DNA from: Minisyncoccota bacterium
GTDB lineage: Bacteria; Patescibacteriota; Minisyncoccia; Phycocordibacterales; GCA-2747955
Reading direction: 5' to 3'
Length of the DNA stretch: 52,614 bases
NCBI GenBank assembly: GCA_020628915.1
Contig: JAHDEI010000004.1
Location: forward strand, 1 to 52,614
The translations under genes were made by a program, and so were the position numbers. Below are positions 17,369 through 25,507 of this stretch, in pieces (position 1 is the stretch's first letter; every line of letters begins with the position of its first letter). Below the pieces are notes generated by a model that had not been told where the DNA came from, made no database searches, and worked only from the letters and a program-made list of their open reading frames with translations.

Positions 17369-17441
17369 TGTTTTATGTCCTCCCGGTAGGGCTCGAACCT
17401 ACGACCGTCAGCTTAAAAGGCTGCTGCTCTACCAGCTGAGC
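17369..17441 (-). tRNA. tRNA-Lys (anticodon UUU), CCA not encoded
   Basis: The reverse complement folds as a cloverleaf: acceptor CCTCCTG/CGGGAGG, D arm GCTC-AGCTGGTA-GAGC, anticodon loop CTTTTAA, T arm GTAGG-TTCGAGC-CCTAC, discriminator A. Confidence 0.9.
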
Positions 17442-17587
17442 TACAGGAGGCTGGTATGGATTATAAAATTATTTATAACCCAGCTTTTGGGCAGTAACAT
17501 ACTGCACAAAAGCTGAATTACAGAAAATATGCCCGATATCATAGCATAGAATTTTGAAAAATAAAGGACATGCGCTAGGCTGTAAAC

Positions 17588-18055
17588 ATGAAAAAGATTC
17601 TTGTTTTACACAATATTAGATCAGCTCAAAATGTCGGAGCGATGTTTCGAACAGCCGACGCTATTGGTATAGATGAAATTATTTGCTCAGGCTACACTCC
17701 TCAGCCTCTTGATCGCTTTGGTAGAGTAGACAAGAAGGTGTCTAAAGCAGCCTTGGGTGCAGAACAGTCAGTCTCATGGAGACACGTTGCCGATCTTTCA
17801 AATGAAATTGCTGCCTTACAAAATACTGGTGTACAAGTGGCCGCAGTAGAACAATCAAGCACCTCCATTGACTACAAGAAATATAATCCTCAAAACGATG
17901 TTGCTCTTGTAATGGGTAATGAGGTAACAGGGGTCGAAAAAGAAATTTTAGAATTGGCTGATGTTGTTTTAGAGGTGCCGATGAGAGGACGCAAGGAATC
18001 ATTGAATGTTGCGACTACAGCAGGAATAGTGTTATTTCGTATTTTTGATAGATAG
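17588..18055 (+). CDS. SpoU/TrmH-family RNA 2'-O-methyltransferase
   Basis: 155 aa. NVGAMFRTADA, LVMGNEVTGV and LNVATTAGIVLF are the three SPOUT motifs. Confidence 0.88.
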   Translation: MKKILVLHNIRSAQNVGAMFRTADAIGIDEIICSGYTPQPLDRFGRVDKKVSKAALGAEQSVSWRHVADLSNEIAALQNTGVQVAAVEQSSTSIDYKKYNPQNDVALVMGNEVTGVEKEILELADVVLEVPMRGRKESLNVATTAGIVLFRIFDR

Positions 18056-18061
18056 TAAATG

Positions 18062-18205
18062 TTATTGTCGGTCTTCTACATCAACCCACCATGCAGGTTC
18101 ACCAGCTTGGTTACGTAATTCTCCACGTTCTGGTCCACCAGTAAAAATCCATAAAACATAAATCAACATGAACCCGGCAAATAATTGAAGGAGTACTTTA
18201 ATCAT
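18062..18205 (-). CDS. Possible small membrane protein (47 aa, MIKVLLQLFAGFMLIYVLWIFTGGPERGELRNQAGEPAWWVDVEDRQ)
   Basis: TGaTATAAT (complement of 18212-18220) lies 6 nt before the ATG, the same leaderless layout seen at other genes. One predicted TM helix. Confidence 0.35.
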   Translation of the reverse strand: MIKVLLQLFAGFMLIYVLWIFTGGPERGELRNQAGEPAWWVDVEDRQ

Positions 18206-18243
18206 GAGCACATTATATCAAAATGATATACTTGGGTGTATCT

Positions 18244-20178
18244 ATGAGAGATAAAGAGTCTTCAATTAAAAAACTACAAAAAAAGCTTTACGCAAAAAAA
18301 GATGTCTTGCGACACGAGGGGAGAAAGCACTTTACCAGAGTGCCTGACTCTACGGTAGCTGACGATTGGAAAGATGAAGAGGTTAAGACAAAAAAACAAG
18401 AAGAAGAAAAGAAGCCGAAAAAAAAGATGACAGTCTTTACTAAGATACTGATTGCGTCTGTTGGTTTTTTTCTTCTGTCGGTTCTTGCAGCATTTTATGT
18501 ATTTTCTTCGGGACAAAACACTGTGCAACATGACAGAGTAGGGGTTTCCATTCTTGGTCCAAATACAATTGGGGGCGGGGAACCACTGCTTTTTGACGTA
18601 ATAGTGACAAATGATAATCAGGTAGACATTAGACTCACCGATATTATTGTTACTTACCCAGAGGGATCGTTTGCCGCTGATGAAGACGGGGTCGGGCTAT
18701 CAAAAGAAATTCGACCGATTGATAGTATCCAAGCGGGAACGCAAACACGAGAAAAATTTGGAGCAGTACTTTTTGGACAAGAAGGTGAAGCAAAAGACAT
18801 TAAAATTACATACGAATATCGAGTCCCTGATTCAAACGCAATTTTGTATAAAGAACGTGTATACCAGGTAAAGCTCGAGTCATCTCCTCTGTCAATGAAC
18901 ATTACACACCCCAAAGAAACTCTTTCGGGAGAAAACATAGAGATGTCTATTGAGATCGTTTCAAATGCCAACAAACCAATAGAAAACCTCTTTTTACATG
19001 TAGAGTATCCGTTTGGGTTTGATTATCAAGAGGCAGATCCAGTTCCAGAACAAGACAGGACTGACTTATTTGGGTTAGGGACTCTTGCTGTAGGGGGATC
19101 AAAGACGGTTAAGATTATTGGGACCATAAATGGTCAAGATGACGAGCAAAGGGTATTCAGACATCGTATTGGGCTGTTTAATCCAACGACAAGCGAAATA
19201 GAAAATACACTGAGTACCGACCAGTCGGTGGTAGCGATTTCAAAACCACCAGTGACACTAACCTCGACCCTCAATAACAGAGATGCCCTTATCCATGTTA
19301 TCGAACCTGGTTCAAACATCCGGATTAATAACATTTTGCAAAATAATTTGGCAACACAAATTTTTGATGCCGAAGTATCAGCAATACTCGCAGGAAATGT
19401 TTTTGATGAACAACGATTGAGAACTGATGGATATTACAATTCCAACACAAACAACCTGTTGTGGCAGAAAAGTGATGTAACAGGTCTTGGGACAATCGAA
19501 TCAGGGGCATCCGTCGAGTTTTTCGCAGATGTTCTCTTACTCACGTCCGCACAAATGGCAGGGGCAGTAACTGACCCAACGATTGATGTGCAATACGTTG
19601 TGGGCGGACAAACCTTTGATTTTGAGAACAATCAGAAGTCGGTCTCAATCAAAAAAAATACTAAAATTAAAATCCCAACAGTTCTCACGCTTGAAAATAG
19701 AGTACTCCATTCCATTGGGCCATTTGAAAATAACGGACCACTAACGCCAACAGTAGGTGAAACTTCGGAATATACTATCAGTTGGAAGCTTAACAATACG
19801 ACATCTGAGCTCAAAGATGCAATTATGACAACAACATTGCCCCCGTATGTTGAGTACGTCCAGGCACAACAAATCGAGAACGGAACATTCTCATATAATC
19901 AGCAAAACAGGCAAATTACCTGGAAACTACCAGAAATCGCAGCTGGCGCAGGGTATTCAACTGCAGCCCCTACGGTATCATTCCAGGTTCGTGTAACACC
20001 ATCACTCTCTCAGGTTGATTCACCGCTTGATTTAACCCAAGATCGTTCTTTGCGAGGGTTTGATACTTTTTCAGAGACATTACGAATTATTAATGACACT
20101 GAAAAAGATACCACCCGACTATTGAGACTTGATCCGTCTTACAAAAGTGGAAACGGAAATGTTATTACAGGAGGATAG
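18244..20178 (+). CDS. Large membrane-anchored extracytoplasmic protein, function unknown
   Basis: Lys-rich N-terminus, a single TM (VFTKILIASVGFFLLSVLAAFYVF), then about 550 aa that look beta-rich. Start taken at ATG 18244. Confidence 0.7.
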   Translation: MRDKESSIKKLQKKLYAKKDVLRHEGRKHFTRVPDSTVADDWKDEEVKTKKQEEEKKPKKKMTVFTKILIASVGFFLLSVLAAFYVFSSGQNTVQHDRVGVSILGPNTIGGGEPLLFDVIVTNDNQVDIRLTDIIVTYPEGSFAADEDGVGLSKEIRPIDSIQAGTQTREKFGAVLFGQEGEAKDIKITYEYRVPDSNAILYKERVYQVKLESSPLSMNITHPKETLSGENIEMSIEIVSNANKPIENLFLHVEYPFGFDYQEADPVPEQDRTDLFGLGTLAVGGSKTVKIIGTINGQDDEQRVFRHRIGLFNPTTSEIENTLSTDQSVVAISKPPVTLTSTLNNRDALIHVIEPGSNIRINNILQNNLATQIFDAEVSAILAGNVFDEQRLRTDGYYNSNTNNLLWQKSDVTGLGTIESGASVEFFADVLLLTSAQMAGAVTDPTIDVQYVVGGQTFDFENNQKSVSIKKNTKIKIPTVLTLENRVLHSIGPFENNGPLTPTVGETSEYTISWKLNNTTSELKDAIMTTTLPPYVEYVQAQQIENGTFSYNQQNRQITWKLPEIAAGAGYSTAAPTVSFQVRVTPSLSQVDSPLDLTQDRSLRGFDTFSETLRIINDTEKDTTRLLRLDPSYKSGNGNVITGG

Positions 20179-20183
20179 GCAAC

Positions 20184-20213
20184 AAAGGCCGGGGCGTACG
20201 TCCCGGCCTTTGT
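20184..20213 (+). terminator. Intrinsic terminator
   Basis: AGGCCGGG-gcgtacgt-CCCGGCCT followed by TT. Confidence 0.8.
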
Positions 20214-20219
20214 TATAAT
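20211..20219 (+). promoter_or_regulatory. Extended -10 (TGtTATAAT) 8 nt upstream of the glyQS ATG
   Basis: TGTTATAAT at 20211-20219, ATG at 20228. Confidence 0.5.
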
Positions 20220-20227
20220 TACGCATA

Positions 20228-21607
20228 ATGAAACACGAAGATAAAAAAATGGACACTATTATTGCGTATGCAAAACGAAAAGGTTTTGTGTTCCCGTCAT
20301 CAGAAATTTATGATGGTTTTGCAGGGGCATACGACTATGGACCACATGGAGTTGAACTAGCAAACGCCATCAAAAGACATTGGTGGAGAGATGTAGTTAA
20401 TACGAAACATAACGTGTATGGCCTGGATGCTGCAATTGTGATGAATCCTAAAGTATGGGTAGCTTCTGGGCATGTTGGAGGATTTTCTGATCCACTTGCT
20501 GACTGCCGGACCTGTCAAAATAGAATCAGGGTTGATAAAGAGCTGGGTAAACTTGGCGTTGAGGCTGACGAAAAAATGTCAGAAGAAGAGATCAACACGC
20601 TTTTTGACAAACACCGAGCAGAAATCACTTGCTCAAGCTGTGGATCAAAAGATTTTACTGCAGCCCGCGCTATTAATTTACTTGTGAAATCAAACGTGGG
20701 AGACTTCTCAAATGACAACAGTAACCCTGTGTATTTACGAGGAGAGACATGCCAGGGGATTTACGTTAATTTTAAAAACGTTGTTGATTCTCTTCATCCA
20801 AAAATTCCTTTTGGTATTGCTCAGATTGGTAAAGCTTTCAGAAACGAAATTTCACCCAGACAATTTCTATTTAGGACACGAGAGTTCGAACAAATGGAAA
20901 TGCAATTTTTTACCAAACCAGGTGATGACGATCAGGCGTATCAAGATTGGAAACAAGATCGATGGGACTCTTGGAAGTCTATAGGTATTAGTGAAAATAA
21001 CATGAGATGGAATCAGCATGACAATTTAGTGTTCTATGCAGCTGACGCATGGGATATCGAATACAAATTTCCAGATTACGGATTTGATGAGGTCGAAGGT
21101 CTCCACATGAGAACAAATTATGATCTCACGCAGCATTCGGAACACTCAGGACAAGATCTCTCATTCAATGACAATGGAGACAAATTTATTCCTCATGTTG
21201 TAGAGACTTCAATTGGGGTTGGGCGTATGTTTCTTGCGGTTCTTTCTGAGGCATACGACGAAGAACAATTAGAAGGAGACGATTCAAGAGTGGTCCTAAG
21301 ATTTAATCCAGATATTGCCCCAGTACAGGTCGCTGTGCTACCCCTAATGAAAAAAGATGGATTAAGCGAGGCAGCAAAAGAAATTTTTAAAGATCTAGCA
21401 GCTACATTCCGAACTACATATGATGAGTCTGGTTCAGTTGGAAAACGATACCGTCGTCAGGACGAAATTGGAACTCCATTTTGTATTACGTATGATTACG
21501 AATCAAAAGATGATGGAATGGTTACTGTCCGCGATCGAGACTCAATGGAACAAGAGCGAATAGCGATATCTGATCTTACAGAGTATCTACAAAAACAAAT
21601 CAAATAA
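20228..21607 (+). CDS. glyQS: Glycine--tRNA ligase, homodimeric class II type
   Basis: KRKGFVFPSSEIYDG..YDYGPHGVEL, GKAFRNEISPR..FRTREFEQMEMQFF (motif 2), GVGRMFLAVL (motif 3), and an anticodon-binding domain ending in GKRYRRQDEIGTPFCITYD. Confidence 0.96.
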   Translation: MKHEDKKMDTIIAYAKRKGFVFPSSEIYDGFAGAYDYGPHGVELANAIKRHWWRDVVNTKHNVYGLDAAIVMNPKVWVASGHVGGFSDPLADCRTCQNRIRVDKELGKLGVEADEKMSEEEINTLFDKHRAEITCSSCGSKDFTAARAINLLVKSNVGDFSNDNSNPVYLRGETCQGIYVNFKNVVDSLHPKIPFGIAQIGKAFRNEISPRQFLFRTREFEQMEMQFFTKPGDDDQAYQDWKQDRWDSWKSIGISENNMRWNQHDNLVFYAADAWDIEYKFPDYGFDEVEGLHMRTNYDLTQHSEHSGQDLSFNDNGDKFIPHVVETSIGVGRMFLAVLSEAYDEEQLEGDDSRVVLRFNPDIAPVQVAVLPLMKKDGLSEAAKEIFKDLAATFRTTYDESGSVGKRYRRQDEIGTPFCITYDYESKDDGMVTVRDRDSMEQERIAISDLTEYLQKQIK

Positions 21608-21609
21608 AA

Positions 21610-21630
21610 AACCGACCTAAAAGGTCGGTT
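21610..21630. terminator. Bidirectional terminator hairpin
   Basis: AACCGACC-taaaa-GGTCGGTT. Confidence 0.8.
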
Positions 21631-21633
21631 TTG

Positions 21634-22137
21634 CTATATAACTACCCAATGACAACGAGGGTCGTTCCACGTCTCATTAATCATTTCTACTAATGATTGG
21701 GGAGTATCGACATCGGCGTACGTGCAAAATTCTCTAAACTTTTCAAAACGGCGGAATGTCATATTTACTCTGCCGCGAACAAGAGGAATGACTTTACCTG
21801 TTTTTTTATGAATGAGCTCGATTTTTTCATCCCATCCTGCAAATACGAATAGGTCCTGAGCAGTGCCGGCGGTAATTTGTGCATTATGGGCGTCAAAGAC
21901 CGAATGCCAAAGAACATGCTGTTTTTTATTTACTACTTCAACAAAACCAAGTTCGTTCTTACCTTTTAGACATTGAGGTACTCTATGATGAAAATTTTCT
22001 TCTGCGAGTATTGAAATCAGGTTCTTAAGCTGGCTTCGAGACAATGGCTTTTTCAGCCATCTCTTGATTGCTTTACGCTTTTCTCGTTCTGTCAGTTTGG
22101 GTTTAATATGTTTAACTATCTTGAAAACAACCTCCAT
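21634..22137 (-). CDS. Hypothetical protein (167 aa)
   Basis: Clean ORF with a basic N-terminus. No family recognised. Confidence 0.6.
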   Translation of the reverse strand: MEVVFKIVKHIKPKLTEREKRKAIKRWLKKPLSRSQLKNLISILAEENFHHRVPQCLKGKNELGFVEVVNKKQHVLWHSVFDAHNAQITAGTAQDLFVFAGWDEKIELIHKKTGKVIPLVRGRVNMTFRRFEKFREFCTYADVDTPQSLVEMINETWNDPRCHWVVI

Positions 22138-22290
22138 CTGCTTTGAACATCTATAATTTACTATTACATATCTTGATGTGTTTCTTTTTGTGTATATGTG
22201 TAATAAAAAATTGCATTACCCAGGCGCTTCTATATAATGGGGGTATGGCATCTTAAAAAATGCCATGTACTTTAACAAAACTTAAAACTT

Positions 22291-23136
22291 ATGAAAAAAA
22301 CATTAGCAATCGTTCTTATTGCTTTTGGATTTGGGTCACTTGCATATGCTCAAGATGTTGTTTCTACAACACCGAGCGATAGTGCAACTATCGATTACGA
22401 AAATGCACAACCTCGTGCAAATCTCGTGGACGATAATTACCGACCACAGCCGATCAAGGCAATCCGAGAAGTGAGAGCCGAAATTCTGGAAGACAGAAAA
22501 GAAGCACTTGCTGAGAAAGAAGCAATCAAAGAAGAACTTCGTGCTGAAGCAGAAGCCAAAAAAGCTGAGCTGAAAGAAGCATTCCAAGCTGCAACAACTA
22601 CTGAAGCTCGACAAGCTATCAGAGAAGAAGCAGCAGCAGAAAAAGAAGTGTTGCGAGAGAAAGCACAAGACCTACGAGAAGAATGGCGAGAAAAAGTCAA
22701 AGTTTACTTCAAGGGTCGTGTGGTTGCAGCATTTGCACGTTTTGACGCTTTTGTAGCAAAAGCAGACAGCGTAGATGCACGAGTTGAAAACGCACTTGTT
22801 AAGCTGGAAGAAAAAGGCGTAGATACTTCTGAAGTACGAGAAAATCAAAAAGAAGCACGGGCGTATATCGTCTCTGTAAAGGAAACTTTGCGAGCGGCTC
22901 GAGCAGAACTTGAATCAGCGGTCGAAACCGGGTCAAAAGAAGAAATCCGTGAAGCATTCAATAAAACAAAAGAAGAACTGAAAGGTGCAAAGAATGAGCT
23001 TAAATCAGCATACGCTGAATTACGTGAAATTATTGCAGAACTGAAAGATCTCATTTCCGAACAAAATGAAGATGAAAATAGCGAGGACGTAGATGAAGTA
23101 GAAGCAACAGACACTTCTACAGAGTCAACACAATAA
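22291..23136 (+). CDS. Secreted Glu/Ala/Lys-rich coiled-coil protein
   Basis: Signal peptide MKKTLAIVLIAFGFGSLAYA followed by long E/A/K/R heptad-like repeats and an acidic tail. Confidence 0.65.
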   Translation: MKKTLAIVLIAFGFGSLAYAQDVVSTTPSDSATIDYENAQPRANLVDDNYRPQPIKAIREVRAEILEDRKEALAEKEAIKEELRAEAEAKKAELKEAFQAATTTEARQAIREEAAAEKEVLREKAQDLREEWREKVKVYFKGRVVAAFARFDAFVAKADSVDARVENALVKLEEKGVDTSEVRENQKEARAYIVSVKETLRAARAELESAVETGSKEEIREAFNKTKEELKGAKNELKSAYAELREIIAELKDLISEQNEDENSEDVDEVEATDTSTESTQ

Positions 23137-23149
23137 ACATACAAGACAT

Positions 23150-23503
23150 ATGGAAGCAGAAAACAAAAACAACATGCAATTTGGACCAATCGTTGGGATT
23201 GGGATAATTATCATCGTGCTTGCTATTGCTGGTCTCTTCTTTTACAAGAATTTAATGAGCGGACCTATCGGAGGCGTTGACCCTGAACCAGTCCTTGTCA
23301 TTAAAGAGCAGCCAGAACAAAAGGTTGAGGTTGATGAGCCAACAGAGGTTCTACAGCCACAAGCTGAGCTGGCCCAACTTGAACGTGAATTAGAAGAGGT
23401 TACAGTCGATATTGGAGAGGATGATTTATTTGGACTCGAACAACTCGACGCTGAGTTAATTGAATTCACTGAGTTAGACGAACTACTCAATTTTGAACTA
23501 TAG
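23150..23503 (+). CDS. Single-pass membrane protein with an acidic C-terminal tail
   Basis: TM helix FGPIVGIGIIIIVLAIAGLFFY followed by an E/L/D-rich tail. Confidence 0.55.
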   Translation: MEAENKNNMQFGPIVGIGIIIIVLAIAGLFFYKNLMSGPIGGVDPEPVLVIKEQPEQKVEVDEPTEVLQPQAELAQLERELEEVTVDIGEDDLFGLEQLDAELIEFTELDELLNFEL

Positions 23504-23576
23504 ATTTGTTCAAAACAGAAAGTACGTTAAAATATGAGCCATTATTTGGCTCATATTTTATTACTACTAAATTATT

Positions 23577-24629
23577 ATGTCTGAGAAAAAAATTGATGTG
23601 AAAATGGAGAATAAAGAAGGATCTATTTTAGAGATCACTGGATCTTTGCCGTGGGAAGAACTTGTTTCATATAAAGAAAAAGCATTAACAAGAATTGCCG
23701 AACACGTAGAGATCGATGGGTTTAGAAAAGGAAACGCTCCTCTAGATCGTGTTGAACAAGAGTATGGCGCAATGCGTGTTCTATCAGAGGCAGCACAAGA
23801 CGCATTGGGCGATATTTACCCGCGAATCGTTCTCGAGAATACTCTTCGAGTAATAGGTAGCCCAGATATTGCACTAACAAAACTGGCTGAGGGGAACCCA
23901 TTAGAATACAAAATTACCACTGCTGTTTTCCCAGAGATCACACTGGGTGATTATAAAAAAATTGCTATAGACGCAAATGGAAAAACAGAAACAGTGAGTG
24001 TAGAAGACAAAGAAATAGAAGAGGCAATTGAACAAATTAGAAAAATGAACGCTTCAGTTGTTGACCCAGAACATGAACATACTGATGATTGTGATCACTC
24101 TGGAGACCTCCCTGAGCTAAATGATGACTTTGTAAAAACATTAGGGGCGTTCGAAAACGTGGCTGATTTTAAAGAAAAGTTAACTGAGAATATCAAGGCA
24201 CAAAAACAACAAGAGGTTCAAGCAAAGTCTCGTGAAGCAATGATGGAGCAGATGATCGAAAAATCTAGTTTTGATGTACCTGAGATCCTAGTTCTTTCAG
24301 AGTTGGATAAGATGATTGCTCAAATGAAAGATGATGTGATGCGCATGGGTCTTGAGTTTGATAAGTATCTTGAACATATGGGCAAGAGCGAAGAAGAACT
24401 AAAGGAAGAATGGAAAGACCAAGCAAAAAAGCGAGCACAATCAGAACTGATTCTTAAGGAGATTGCTTCGAAAGAAGAGATTAAACCAGATGAAGAAAAA
24501 GTCTCTCAGCAGCTAGAGATGATGAAGGAGCAATATGGAAATGAGGTACCTGAAGCAAATATGCGATTGTACCTAGAAAGTATCTTCTTGAATGAAGCGG
24601 TGCTCGGTTGGCTTGAAGAGCAAAAATAA
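23577..24629 (+). CDS. tig: Trigger factor lacking the PPIase domain
   Basis: Ribosome-binding signature GFRKGNAP and the C-terminal chaperone arms are recognisable. The FKBP domain position holds only an 18-aa linker. Confidence 0.85.
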   Translation: MSEKKIDVKMENKEGSILEITGSLPWEELVSYKEKALTRIAEHVEIDGFRKGNAPLDRVEQEYGAMRVLSEAAQDALGDIYPRIVLENTLRVIGSPDIALTKLAEGNPLEYKITTAVFPEITLGDYKKIAIDANGKTETVSVEDKEIEEAIEQIRKMNASVVDPEHEHTDDCDHSGDLPELNDDFVKTLGAFENVADFKEKLTENIKAQKQQEVQAKSREAMMEQMIEKSSFDVPEILVLSELDKMIAQMKDDVMRMGLEFDKYLEHMGKSEEELKEEWKDQAKKRAQSELILKEIASKEEIKPDEEKVSQQLEMMKEQYGNEVPEANMRLYLESIFLNEAVLGWLEEQK

Positions 24630-24630
24630 T

Positions 24631-24657
24631 AAAAGAGCCTATCTGGGCTCTTTTTTA
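24631..24657. terminator. Intrinsic terminator after tig
   Basis: AGAGCC-tatctg-GGCTCT followed by TTTTT. Confidence 0.75.
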
Positions 24658-24770
24658 ATTGGCTTCATTGCACTTCCGGTCTTTGGGAGTGGCGGGTAGG
24701 GTTTTCCTGTGTAAGGAGGCTTATAACCCCTTCGATACAATTTTTTATCTATCGTGGGAGAGTATTGCAT
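24639..24770 (-). CDS. Possible small Pro/Lys-rich protein (43 aa)
   Basis: AAAGGAG lies 6 nt upstream of the ATG at 24770. MQYSPTIDKKLYRRGYKPPYTGKPYPPLPKTGSAMKPIKKEPR. The 3' end runs into the tig terminator hairpin. There is no support beyond the RBS. Confidence 0.3.
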   Translation of the reverse strand: MQYSPTIDKKLYRRGYKPPYTGKPYPPLPKTGSAMKPIKKEPR

Positions 24771-24885
24771 ATTTAGCTCCTTTTTGACACTGGCACCATA
24801 ATAGCACACGTGGATAACGTTGTTTTACTTATTTTTTGTACATATTATTATAAATAATAAGATTATTAGGTAATCAAGATAATCT

Positions 24886-25101
24886 ATGGCTGATATTCAA
24901 GCACTATGCATGAGTTGTAGGGAAGAAGTGGACGGAAAGTCAAAACCTACGATGCAGACTATGCAAAACCCACAAGTAGGACGAATGAAAGATAAAGAAG
25001 GTAACGAAACTAATCGTTACTCTGCTCAAGGTACTTGCGGGACATGTAATGGAAAGATGTTCAAATTCCTTTCAAAGGATGTTGCAGAATCAATGATGTA
25101 A
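24886..25101 (+). CDS. Small four-Cys zinc-ribbon protein (DUF5679-like)
   Basis: 71 aa with a CMSC ... CGTC pair and the G-T-C-x-x-C-N-G-K-M-F-K-F pattern typical of small zinc-ribbon proteins of Actinobacteria and CPR. Confidence 0.6.
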   Translation: MADIQALCMSCREEVDGKSKPTMQTMQNPQVGRMKDKEGNETNRYSAQGTCGTCNGKMFKFLSKDVAESMM

Positions 25102-25173
25102 TCCTTCGGGACTTACATGATTACAATAATAATCATACAGACATACAAAATGCTCCCTCAGGAGTTTTTTGTT

Positions 25174-25201
25174 TTGACATAATTAAATTTGAATGTATAA
25201 T
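25174..25201 (+). promoter_or_regulatory. Near-consensus sigma-70 promoter P1
   Basis: TTGACA (25174-25179), 16 nt spacer, TATAAT (25196-25201) preceded by TG. Confidence 0.6.
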
Positions 25202-25253
25202 ATTCTCTAATTGTTTGTATAAGTATTATTCACGCATTATCCACACGACCTAG

Positions 25254-25282
25254 TTGTACATGAGATAATAAGTGTGTATAAT
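25254..25282 (+). promoter_or_regulatory. Sigma-70-type promoter P2 facing the kinase-like operon
   Basis: TTGTAC (25254-25259), 17 nt spacer, TATAAT (25277-25282) preceded by TG. It overlaps a TGTACA palindrome and a DnaA-box-like TGTGTATAA. Confidence 0.55.
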
Positions 25283-25507
25283 ACACTTACTAACACAATA
25301 TCCGCGAGTGAAGTCCCCAGGTGCATAGGGAGCCGTCACTCTTGGGTATTCTCAATACACAAGAGTGATCTTTGAAATGAGATGTACATTCATAATTTAA
25401 ACGATTTATTTGAGATACTGTAAACTTTATGGTATAAAACCTCACGTAAAGAATTATTCTTTTTGTACATTGAAATAAAAGTAAACAAATAGTTATTGGA
25501 GATTCTC

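Noticed and set aside
17331-17516. A 61-aa ORF spanning the tRNA-Lys locus.
   Set aside because: It is a translation of the antisense strand of a tRNA gene and its flanks, not a plausible protein.
24676-24702. GGGAGTGGCGGGTAGGG resembles the reverse complement of the tRNA-Gly acceptor 3' strand (compare TGGTGCGGGTGGGG at 39938-39951). It could be a left-end att remnant. A similar TGCGGTGGGC lies at 36359-36368.
   Set aside because: Only about 11-12 nt of gapped similarity, in GC-rich strings, with no adjacent T-arm sequence (GAATCGAAC). This is compatible with chance.
24630-25507. Calling this region the chromosomal oriC outright.
   Set aside because: There are only three DnaA-box-like sites. 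No dnaA, dnaN or other origin-linked genes are in the window, and GC skew cannot be evaluated on a fragment. It is kept as a finding to test, not as a feature.
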